Source: Candidatus Woesearchaeota archaeon
Lineage (GTDB): Archaea; Nanobdellota; Nanobdellia; SCGC-AAA011-G17; UBA489
Direction: 5' to 3'
Length of the DNA: 64,000 bases
NCBI GenBank assembly: GCA_018302985.1
Contig: JAGVZA010000005.1
Span: 10,281-74,280 of the forward strand
This document shows, one piece after another, positions 8,294 to 15,583 of the stretch. A program made the position numbers and the translations under genes. The notes under the pieces were generated by a model. That model did not search any database. It was not told the origin of the DNA and saw only the letters and a program-made list of their open reading frames with translations. Numbering within the stretch: the first letter of the stretch is position 1; each line of letters opens with the position of its first letter.

Positions 8294-8530
8294 TTACTTC
8301 CTAGTAACTCGTAAATATAAGAAAACAATGACTGCTAACAGTGCAATAATAATGAAAGGAGATGCAGAACCATAAGTAGTGCTAAAGACAGAATAACCTG
8401 TCAAACTAGGATTGTCATAAGAAACAAAGAGAATAAATCCTGTAAGCATTCCCAAAGCTATTGTTAAGTAAGTAGTTAATCGTGTAAATAAGTCTGTTTT
8501 TTCCCTAGTCTCTATTTTTACTTGCTGCAT
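8294..8530 (-). CDS. small membrane protein with a TM - TGYSV - TM hairpin
   Basis: 78 aa. GFILFVSYDNPSLTGYSVFSTTYGSASPFIIIALLAVIVFLYLRVTRK. TATA box about 25 nt upstream. Confidence 0.45.
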   Translation of the reverse strand: MQQVKIETREKTDLFTRLTTYLTIALGMLTGFILFVSYDNPSLTGYSVFSTTYGSASPFIIIALLAVIVFLYLRVTRK

Positions 8531-8628
8531 TAGATTTCTTGTCCTTAAAGAACTATATAAACCTTACGTCGCCATGGAGAAAGAGGTTCAGATAGCTTTA
8601 TAAATCAAAAATGGAAGCTCTAGATATC

Positions 8629-8817
8629 ATGAGTGAAATAATCCTCGAACCAAAAAGCCGATTCATTAAGGTACGTTGCCCTAAATGCAAGAATGAACAA
8701 ATTATATTTGGAAAGCCTGCTTGCCATGTAAAATGCTTGGTCTGTGAAAAAATAATCACTGAATCCACAGGCGGAAAGGGACGTATCAAGGCGAGAATTC
8801 TCGAGGTATTAAGCTAA
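8629..8817 (+). CDS. rps27e: 30S ribosomal protein S27e
   Basis: FIKVRCPKCKNEQIIFGKPACHVKCLVCEKIITESTGGK. Start placed at ATG 8629 because the TATA box (8597) is too close to the ATG at 8611. Confidence 0.9.
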   Translation: MSEIILEPKSRFIKVRCPKCKNEQIIFGKPACHVKCLVCEKIITESTGGKGRIKARILEVLS

Positions 8818-9609
8818 ATGCTCTATAAGAAAGAAAATTTCCCTGAAGAAGGAGAAATCGTTCTCTGTACAGTCAAAAAAATTCTTCCGAATTCTGTGTT
8901 TGTAGTTTTAGACGAGTATAAAGATCGTGAAGGAATTGTGCATATTTCTGAAATTGCTCCTGGAAGAATAAGGACCATTCGTGACTTCGTTGCTGAAGGA
9001 AAAAAGATTGTTTGTAAAATTCTCAGAGTCAATAGAGAAAGAAATCAATTAGATTTATCGTTGCGTCGAGTAACTGTTTCTATGCAGATAGCAAAAAGTA
9101 CAGAAATTAAGCTAGAACAAAAAGCAGAAAAATTATTAGAATATGTCGCTCAGCAAAATAAAACAACTCTAGAAGTACTGCATAAGCAAATTGGAGAAAA
9201 GCTCATCAAAACATTTGGTTCTCTCAATGCAGCGTTCAATGAGTCACTAATACAGGGAGAAAAAATATTGGTAAATGCTGGTGTTGATAGTAATCTTGCC
9301 AAAAAAATTACAGAGCTCATTCAAACAAGAATGAAGCCAGCAGAAGTGGAAGTAACTGCAACCGTTGAATTAAAAAGTAGAGCAGCAAACGGTATCGACG
9401 TGGTTAAACAAGTAATAAAAAAAACTAAAGAGTATGGAAAAACAAAAAAATATGATCCTTTGTTCAAATATTTAGGAGCTCCGAGATATAGTATGACTAT
9501 CAAAGCTGTAGACTATAAATCAGGAGATATTGCTTTGCGGGATATTGGAGAATTCCTAGTAAAAACCATGCAAAAAGAAGGTGGCGAAGGAAGTATATTC
9601 AAGAAATGA
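8818..9609 (+). CDS. eif2a: translation initiation factor aIF2 alpha subunit
   Basis: S1 domain: PEEGEIVLCTVKKI...GIVHISEIAPGRIRTIRDFV. Conserved position after rps27e. Confidence 0.9.
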   Translation: MLYKKENFPEEGEIVLCTVKKILPNSVFVVLDEYKDREGIVHISEIAPGRIRTIRDFVAEGKKIVCKILRVNRERNQLDLSLRRVTVSMQIAKSTEIKLEQKAEKLLEYVAQQNKTTLEVLHKQIGEKLIKTFGSLNAAFNESLIQGEKILVNAGVDSNLAKKITELIQTRMKPAEVEVTATVELKSRAANGIDVVKQVIKKTKEYGKTKKYDPLFKYLGAPRYSMTIKAVDYKSGDIALRDIGEFLVKTMQKEGGEGSIFKK

Positions 9610-9782
9610 AAACAGAAATTCTTTGCTGCACCAAATGTAAGAAGTACACCATCAAAACTACTTGTCCTCAATGTAAAACTCCTTGTCTTTCTTCAAAACC
9701 AGCTAAGTTCAGTATTGAAGATAAATGGGGAAAATATAGAAGAATGGCAAAACAATCTGCTGAACAAACCAAAGCTTTATAA
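9606..9782 (+). CDS. nop10: H/ACA RNP protein Nop10 (58 aa, not in ORF track)
   Basis: Manual translation gives MKTEILCCTKCKKYTIKTTCPQCKTPCLSSKPAKFSIEDKWGKYRRMAKQ.. . Contains the CxxC..CxxC and KFSxEDxWGKYRR signature. ATGA overlap with the aIF2a stop. Confidence 0.9.
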   Translation: MKTEILCCTKCKKYTIKTTCPQCKTPCLSSKPAKFSIEDKWGKYRRMAKQSAEQTKAL

Positions 9783-9805
9783 AAATACTTTACAGTAATT
9801 GAGAT

Positions 9806-10591
9806 ATGACTTGGGATATTAAAAAAGTAGCCAACACTGTGTTAAAAAACCCGATTCTTATTGAAGGTTTACCAGGTGTAGGCAATGTAGGAAAGATTGC
9901 TGTAGATTTTCTCATTGAAAAATTAAGTGCTCAGAAAATATTGGAATGCTCATCCTACGATTTGCCGCATTGTGTCTTCGTCAATGAAGAGAATACTATA
10001 GAGCTGCCAATGATAGAAGTATATCACACTAAAATAGGCAAGAGGAGTGTATTATTTTTAGCAGGAGATATTGAGCCAACATCAGAAAAATCATGTTATG
10101 AATTTTGTCATACGCTCTTAGATAAGTTCCACAATGTCAAGAATATGGAAATCGTTACCTTGGGAGGTATTGCTCTTCCAACAGTTCCTGAAAATCCTAA
10201 AGTCTATTGCACTGGAAACTCAAAAAAGAGTATGCAAAAATATGCAGCAACCACAGATACAAACATCCATGGCGTAGTAGGACCTATTATTGGCGTCTCG
10301 GGAGTCTTGCCGGCATTAGCGGGAAAAAGAAACATCCCTTCAGTAGCGCTATTGGCGGAAACCTTCGGTCATCCGCAGTATATGGGTATCAAAGGTGCTA
10401 AAGAACTTCTCAAAGTATTGCAAAAGGAATTAAAAACAAAAATAGATGTCAGTGAATTGCAAGAAGATGGTTCTATTCTAACAGAAAAGAAAAGATCTGC
10501 ACTCAAAATAGAGAAACTAAAGAAGGCTGTAACTTTAAAAGAAACAAATAAGGGAAATCATAACGGAAAAGAAATTACATATATTGGTTAA
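9806..10591 (+). CDS. PAC2-family (proteasome assembly chaperone-like) protein
   Basis: N-terminal ILIEGLPGVGNVGKIAVDFLIEKL. Conserved archaeal neighbourhood after nop10. Confidence 0.65.
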   Translation: MTWDIKKVANTVLKNPILIEGLPGVGNVGKIAVDFLIEKLSAQKILECSSYDLPHCVFVNEENTIELPMIEVYHTKIGKRSVLFLAGDIEPTSEKSCYEFCHTLLDKFHNVKNMEIVTLGGIALPTVPENPKVYCTGNSKKSMQKYAATTDTNIHGVVGPIIGVSGVLPALAGKRNIPSVALLAETFGHPQYMGIKGAKELLKVLQKELKTKIDVSELQEDGSILTEKKRSALKIEKLKKAVTLKETNKGNHNGKEITYIG

Positions 10592-11082
10592 GTAGAGACT
10601 GTTCTTTTGGGAAAAAAGAGATTATCAAATAATTGTCTATCTGTGGGTGAAATTTCATATGCGCTCATCAATTTATGGTAAGCAGTATGTCCAAGTCTAT
10701 ATCTATCTCCTTCAGCTTTAACAACAGTAGTTCTATCAAGACCAGTCAATTGAGAAAGTCTAATTTTACTATATCCTGCTTGCCTTCTCATATCAGCAAG
10801 AGCATCAGCAGGTAAGCTATAAGGTCCTCTAAATGTAACTCTTACAGGAACAACAGGATTCAAAAGATCTATTAAAGTATCCCTGGCAGGTAATTTCTTG
10901 AGAGCACTTTCTAAGAGACCAAGCCAATGAAATCTTGCCCGTGGATCTTCTAATGATTGTAATCTTGCTTCAAACTGCTCAATGAATGTATCTAGAGCAT
11001 CGTGTAATCGGGGTGCGTAGAGATCTCTAAAAACAGCTAAAGGTATATTTTCTGGAAGTTCTCTATTTTTTGCTTGAGACAT
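10588..11082 (-). CDS. hypothetical protein with a C-terminal XRE-like HTH
   Basis: IRLSQLTGLDRTTVVKAEG helix-turn-helix-like segment. 4-nt overlap at its 3' end with the PAC2 gene. Confidence 0.4.
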   Translation of the reverse strand: MSQAKNRELPENIPLAVFRDLYAPRLHDALDTFIEQFEARLQSLEDPRARFHWLGLLESALKKLPARDTLIDLLNPVVPVRVTFRGPYSLPADALADMRRQAGYSKIRLSQLTGLDRTTVVKAEGDRYRLGHTAYHKLMSAYEISPTDRQLFDNLFFPKRTVST

Positions 11083-11086
11083 GTTC

Positions 11087-11806
11087 TTAGTTAAACACTA
11101 AAGTATAACCTTGGCCAAGATGAGACTCTTGTAAGGAATAAGTGTTTCTCATTTGCTGAGTATCTTGAGTTACTCTATCAACATTTCTAGTTTGAACAGC
11201 TGTGTTAGCAAAAAGAGAATCTTGTAAAGTTCTACGGTTAGTGTCTGCGGTGTTAGTATATCCATTAGTATTGCCAAAGTTTCTATTCAAGTTGATTTGT
11301 TCTCCACCACAAACAGTTTCTGTAATAGTAAAATCATTTCTGCTGCCTTTATAATTGCCTTGTAAAGTACGTTGATAACTAGGGGTGCTACAGTCACCAA
11401 AGCGATAATCTGCTGAGCCAGTGTCAAAACCAGTTCCATATTGTCGAGAAGTTGTTTGATCTTGGTTGTCAATTAAGTTTCTGCCATAGGTAGTTTGGCT
11501 GCCAAAGAAATTGTCAACAAAGTTTTCATGCATGCTTCTATCAACATTTTGGTTGGTGAAAAGGTTTGCAGTAGTAGAATCTCTATTGTTAGTATAATAT
11601 AAGTCTCCTCTGCCTCGTGGGAAAGAAAAGCTTTCATCGTAAACATTGGTGTTACCAGATTGAGGGTAGTAGGCTCCACGTTCTAAAGTATAAGGTGAAC
11701 TATACCCAGTGCCATAAGACCCATAGACGTAGGCTGCTTCAGCGAAAGAGCCAAAGAGTGTAAAAAGTAGTATAAAAGATGTAATTACAAATGTTTTGTG
11801 GTTCAT
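11087..11806 (-). CDS. secreted Asn/Gln/Thr/Tyr/Gly-rich low-complexity protein
   Basis: Sec-type signal (FGSFAEA|AY). Mature part is rich in N, T, Q, Y and G and contains RGRGD. Confidence 0.5.
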   Translation of the reverse strand: MNHKTFVITSFILLFTLFGSFAEAAYVYGSYGTGYSSPYTLERGAYYPQSGNTNVYDESFSFPRGRGDLYYTNNRDSTTANLFTNQNVDRSMHENFVDNFFGSQTTYGRNLIDNQDQTTSRQYGTGFDTGSADYRFGDCSTPSYQRTLQGNYKGSRNDFTITETVCGGEQINLNRNFGNTNGYTNTADTNRRTLQDSLFANTAVQTRNVDRVTQDTQQMRNTYSLQESHLGQGYTLVFN

Positions 11807-11889
11807 TGTATAAAATCTCCTTAATTTGTTACTATTAGACAGTTATGACATATATATAAGCTTTTCGCCCTTCTAAAAATTAGCCAAAA

Positions 11890-12198
11890 TCACTCATAAA
11901 AGGCTATACATTTGTTTTGGACGCAATTATAATCTTTAAGAGCCATACAGCCATAATCACAGGTAGATTTATAATCTCTAATAAGACGTTCAATATTTGC
12001 AGCTTCATTTTTATGGACAAATACATAACAGCCAAAAGGACATTGAGACTCGACTTGTTGACAATCTAATTTAACAGTACAATGATTCGCTGTCTCTATC
12101 TCGGTTAAAATACTCTCTTGACCAGTAGAAATAGAGCTAATACAACCTCCTACAAAAAGAAGAAGAGTTACAAAAACAGATACAAAGACGCGATGCAT
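11890..12198 (-). CDS. small secreted Cys-rich protein (lipobox-like VGGC)
   Basis: 102 aa with signal peptide and 10 Cys in the mature region. Confidence 0.45.
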   Translation of the reverse strand: MHRVFVSVFVTLLLFVGGCISSISTGQESILTEIETANHCTVKLDCQQVESQCPFGCYVFVHKNEAANIERLIRDYKSTCDYGCMALKDYNCVQNKCIAFYE

Positions 12199-12247
12199 AA
12201 AGCCTAGTAAGAAAAAGAAGCTAATATACTTTTCGATAATTAAAAAG

Positions 12248-13480
12248 TTAGAAATCTGTTAATGCTTTTTGTTTTTTGAGTGCTTTGTCTGCTTGATCTA
12301 AAAGAATAGTCCCATATACACCGTCGTAGCCAGGCTGCAATTTAAGGTCTTTTGCTCGATTTTTGAGAATAACTTGGACTACAGCAGGATCAACCACTTG
12401 CGCTAGAGCTGGTTGAGGTGCTTCCAATAAGACATTATATTCAGTGCCAAATTTCCCAATCAATTGTTGATAAAGTGCTGTCAACTTTTTCGAAGTCATC
12501 AATTTAATATTATAGACTGATCCAAGAAGTTCATGCAAAGGAATCAACGAATGAAAAAAAGGAGCATTAGGTTTGACATAACCAACAGGTCGATCTGCTA
12601 ATTGTTCGACTCGATACTCAACACCGATAGTCATTTCTTGTTTGCATTTAGGACATTGTTTGTTTAATTTTCTAGATTCAGCAGGAGCCATCATCACGCC
12701 ACAAGCTCTATGACCATCAAAATGATATTTTCCATATTCCGGAGGAGTTTCAATCGTTCCTTTAATTCCTATGCCAGTGCGTATGGCTTGTAAAATATTT
12801 TTATAAGTTAATTCCTTAAGATCAAAAATAGTCGCTTCTCTCCCAAGTCTCCAAGGATGGGAAGAGTGAGGATCAGAAAAACTTACAATATTGTATTTAT
12901 CTAAACTAGAAATTCTCCAATTCATTGCTCCACTTTCAATTGCATGAATATATTTTGCGCGTTCTTGAAAACATTCTTCGACAGAATCAAAACCAGATTT
13001 GCTCCCAAGTATGCCAAAAAACGATGTCCACGCATGCCCAGGTATCACTTCTATATCTGTGCTAATGCTACGTAACATATCAAGAAATTCAATACTATTC
13101 ATGCCAAAAATAGGTCTGCCATCATAATCAATCCTGCCTTTTTTTAACAATGCATCAATAAATTGTTTGACAACTTCACCATTAGGGAATAAAACTACAT
13201 GATGTATTCTTCTTCCTCTTCCACCTTGGGAATACATTAGACTAATTTCTGTCTGCCAGATAAAAGGAAATTTAGTTTTAGACCAAAGAATACCATTTTC
13301 ATCTTCTGTTAATTTTGAAGTTATTTCCTTATGCCATAAAGGGTGTTGTGCGTCACCAGTACCAAGAATATGTAAACCTTTAATGCATGCATTCCGTTCG
13401 AGATCTTCTAAAGTAGTCTTTTTACTGCAAGCCTGAGCATATCGTCCATGAATATGGAAGTCACCTATTATTTTCATCAA
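12248..13480 (-). CDS. endonuclease Q (EndoQ, PHP-domain deaminated-base endonuclease)
   Basis: DFHIHGRYAQACS, GLHILGTGDAQHPLW, RRIHHVVLFP, SDPHSSHPWRLGREAT, GKYHFDGHRAC, CPKCKQE Zn finger and C-terminal GYDGVYG. Collinear with Pyrococcus EndoQ as I recall it. Confidence 0.88.
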   Translation of the reverse strand: MMKIIGDFHIHGRYAQACSKKTTLEDLERNACIKGLHILGTGDAQHPLWHKEITSKLTEDENGILWSKTKFPFIWQTEISLMYSQGGRGRRIHHVVLFPNGEVVKQFIDALLKKGRIDYDGRPIFGMNSIEFLDMLRSISTDIEVIPGHAWTSFFGILGSKSGFDSVEECFQERAKYIHAIESGAMNWRISSLDKYNIVSFSDPHSSHPWRLGREATIFDLKELTYKNILQAIRTGIGIKGTIETPPEYGKYHFDGHRACGVMMAPAESRKLNKQCPKCKQEMTIGVEYRVEQLADRPVGYVKPNAPFFHSLIPLHELLGSVYNIKLMTSKKLTALYQQLIGKFGTEYNVLLEAPQPALAQVVDPAVVQVILKNRAKDLKLQPGYDGVYGTILLDQADKALKKQKALTDF

Positions 13481-14651
13481 TAGTCACCACATACTGACCG
13501 TAGTCATGATAATCACCAGAGGTATAAGGTTTTATACACTTTATTAAATTACGCTTTCTATACTTAATAATTGTATTACGGCATGAACCTACATCTCGAC
13601 CAGTAATCTTTGCTAAGTCTATACTAGTAAAATATCCTTTCGATTGTTGTATTTTTTGCATAAAATTAAAATAAGTTTTGTCTATGTCTTTTCTACGAAA
13701 CACAGTAAGAATATAAGAATTAAGTATCTGCAGAAGATTATTGGATTTTATTTGAGAACGTAAGGAAAGATTAGCATAGAGTTGTTTGAGTTGTAATTGA
13801 CCTCCGAGCTGTAATCTCCAGTTTCTTCTAGGTTCACCACGTTTTGAAGGGTAAACATTTCTTGGATAAATAGAGCTTAGGAGATTTAATGAAATTAAAA
13901 GATGTTGAATGTCTTTAAGAAGATGGGATTCAGGATATTTTTCCAAACAAGCAGAAGAAATTGAAATATGATATGATGCAGTATTTACTGTACCTTCATC
14001 ATCAATAAATTGAGATAAAAGAGCGTATTTTTGTTCTTGTTGTAATGAAAATATAAAAAGAGGAATATGCGGATTAGTTTCAACTTTCTTACCTGGTTTA
14101 ATGCCTAAAAGAAGAAATATAGAAGAAAGAAATCTAGGAAACGTTACTATTGTTAATAGAGTATTTTTACGTGGACGTTTTTCAGAAAAATAAGGAATAT
14201 TACCTAGTACAGAAGATATATCTAACATAAAACCATTAAAAATATTACTATCAGAATTCATATAATAAGGATTTAGTTTAATGCTAATTCCACCATCTCC
14301 CAAAATTCCAGCTATAACTCTAACTCCGGCACAGGTAGTAAAATCCAAGGGAAATTTAGGATTATAGATACCTCCACCATCTCTGCCTCTAATAAATACT
14401 ATTTTATCTTGATAATCTAATTGAAAATGCTCACAAACTGTCTTCAAGACATCTAATCGAATCAATGAATTTTTACTTAACCAATGACACAATATTCTTT
14501 TACTAATCTGAAGAGTTCTAGCTAATTTATGAATACCGAAAGATCTAATTTGAGAGTCCAATAATTGGAAAAGATTATCTTGAAGTTCAATATATAATTT
14601 ATTCAAAGGCAAATCCTCTAAATATATAATGCCATTGTCTAAAGGAGTCAT
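13461..14651 (-). CDS. free-standing double-motif LAGLIDADG endonuclease-like protein with N- and C-terminal HTH regions
   Basis: Motifs VIAGILGDGGIS and LLSQFIDDEGTV. HTH-like LARTLQISKRILCHW and LAKITGRDVGSCRNTI. 20-nt overlap with endoQ. Confidence 0.7.
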   Translation of the reverse strand: MTPLDNGIIYLEDLPLNKLYIELQDNLFQLLDSQIRSFGIHKLARTLQISKRILCHWLSKNSLIRLDVLKTVCEHFQLDYQDKIVFIRGRDGGGIYNPKFPLDFTTCAGVRVIAGILGDGGISIKLNPYYMNSDSNIFNGFMLDISSVLGNIPYFSEKRPRKNTLLTIVTFPRFLSSIFLLLGIKPGKKVETNPHIPLFIFSLQQEQKYALLSQFIDDEGTVNTASYHISISSACLEKYPESHLLKDIQHLLISLNLLSSIYPRNVYPSKRGEPRRNWRLQLGGQLQLKQLYANLSLRSQIKSNNLLQILNSYILTVFRRKDIDKTYFNFMQKIQQSKGYFTSIDLAKITGRDVGSCRNTIIKYRKRNLIKCIKPYTSGDYHDYGQYVVTIDENNR

Positions 14652-14671
14652 TAGAACAAAAAGATTTAAAG

Positions 14672-14708
14672 TATTTATAAATAATCGGAGGCTCTTTGAG
14701 AAGTAAAC
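14672..14708. promoter_or_regulatory. conserved promoter-associated element, copy A (TATTTATAA-N12-TCTTTGAGAAGTAAAC) upstream of the LAGLIDADG-endoQ operon
   Basis: 31 of 37 positions identical to 32600..32636, including a 16/16 block at identical spacing. The TATA part is about 25 nt from the ATG at 14651. Confidence 0.55.
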
Positions 14709-14735
14709 TACTTTTCTAATCTCTATTTAGAAGTT

Positions 14736-14763
14736 TTCCGGAATTTTCGGAAAGTTTTCGAAA
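14736..14763. promoter_or_regulatory. three TTC-N(2,1,0)-GAA palindromes phased about 10 bp apart
   Basis: TTCCGGAA (14736..14743), TTCGGAA (14746..14752) and TTTCGAAA (14756..14763), in the intergenic region upstream of the LAGLIDADG-endoQ operon. Confidence 0.35.
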
Positions 14764-15063
14764 TCAAGCGCTGCGGCTTAAGCAATAAGTTGTTTGTTTT
14801 CCTTGTCCACTTCTAGATAAAGTATAGTGTGTTAGCCATGCGTCTAATTCTTGACCAAAATCATGCATAGTACGAGCTGGTTGTTCCCATTGACTAACTC
14901 TTGCCAATTGATCTAAGGTTACTGATTGTCCTAAACGTTGGAGTAGAAACTTAAGAACTTTCCCAGTGCCAGCATCTTTCATAACTTCAGGACCATGCTC
15001 TGTTAAACAATAATAAGATCCCTTATCTAGAATACCAGGATATGAAGGTTGTGTTTTTCTCAT
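14764..15063 (-). CDS. small winged-helix-like protein, 99 aa
   Basis: KVLKFLLQRLGQSVTLDQLARVSQ HTH-like segment. Last gene of the envelope operon. Confidence 0.35.
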   Translation of the reverse strand: MRKTQPSYPGILDKGSYYCLTEHGPEVMKDAGTGKVLKFLLQRLGQSVTLDQLARVSQWEQPARTMHDFGQELDAWLTHYTLSRSGQGKQTTYCLSRSA

Positions 15064-15065
15064 AG

Positions 15066-15581
15066 TTAAGTAGCAGAAGAGTTAGGTTTTAATTTAAAAA
15101 AGAGATAGTAAATTATGACTCCATTGACAAGTAGGCGAAGAGCAATAGAAAGATTCATTTCAGAAGGAATAGATGGGTAAAAAATAGTTATAATGCCTAA
15201 AATAGAAAGGATAATAGCTGCTGTTCTTGCCCATGGTTGTGATTTATAAAATCCTCTTCCAATAAAATACGACAAGATTGCTAAGGCTATAAAACCTATA
15301 CGAAATATAATAAATGGATTTAGATTTAATTCTAGAGCATTAATAGTTGTAGAAGATAAAAAGGTTGTAAAAAAAGTTATTAGTAGCTCCATCAAACTTT
15401 GTAGTACAGCATAACCAAATAAAGAACCTCCTATTATAGTGAAATGATAAAAAAGAAATGAACCTCCAATAGAACCGAAAATAATATTAGGAGAAAAAAA
15501 GAATGAGTAAATAAAACAAAAAGCTGCACCTATATAATAATAAAGAGATAAAAAACGTAATCCTTTTAATATTTGTTTCAT
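15066..15581 (-). CDS. polytopic membrane protein, 171 aa
   Basis: About 5 hydrophobic helices. 2-nt gaps to both neighbouring genes. Confidence 0.5.
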   Translation of the reverse strand: MKQILKGLRFLSLYYYIGAAFCFIYSFFFSPNIIFGSIGGSFLFYHFTIIGGSLFGYAVLQSLMELLITFFTTFLSSTTINALELNLNPFIIFRIGFIALAILSYFIGRGFYKSQPWARTAAIILSILGIITIFYPSIPSEMNLSIALRLLVNGVIIYYLFFKLKPNSSAT

Positions 15582-15583
15582 AA

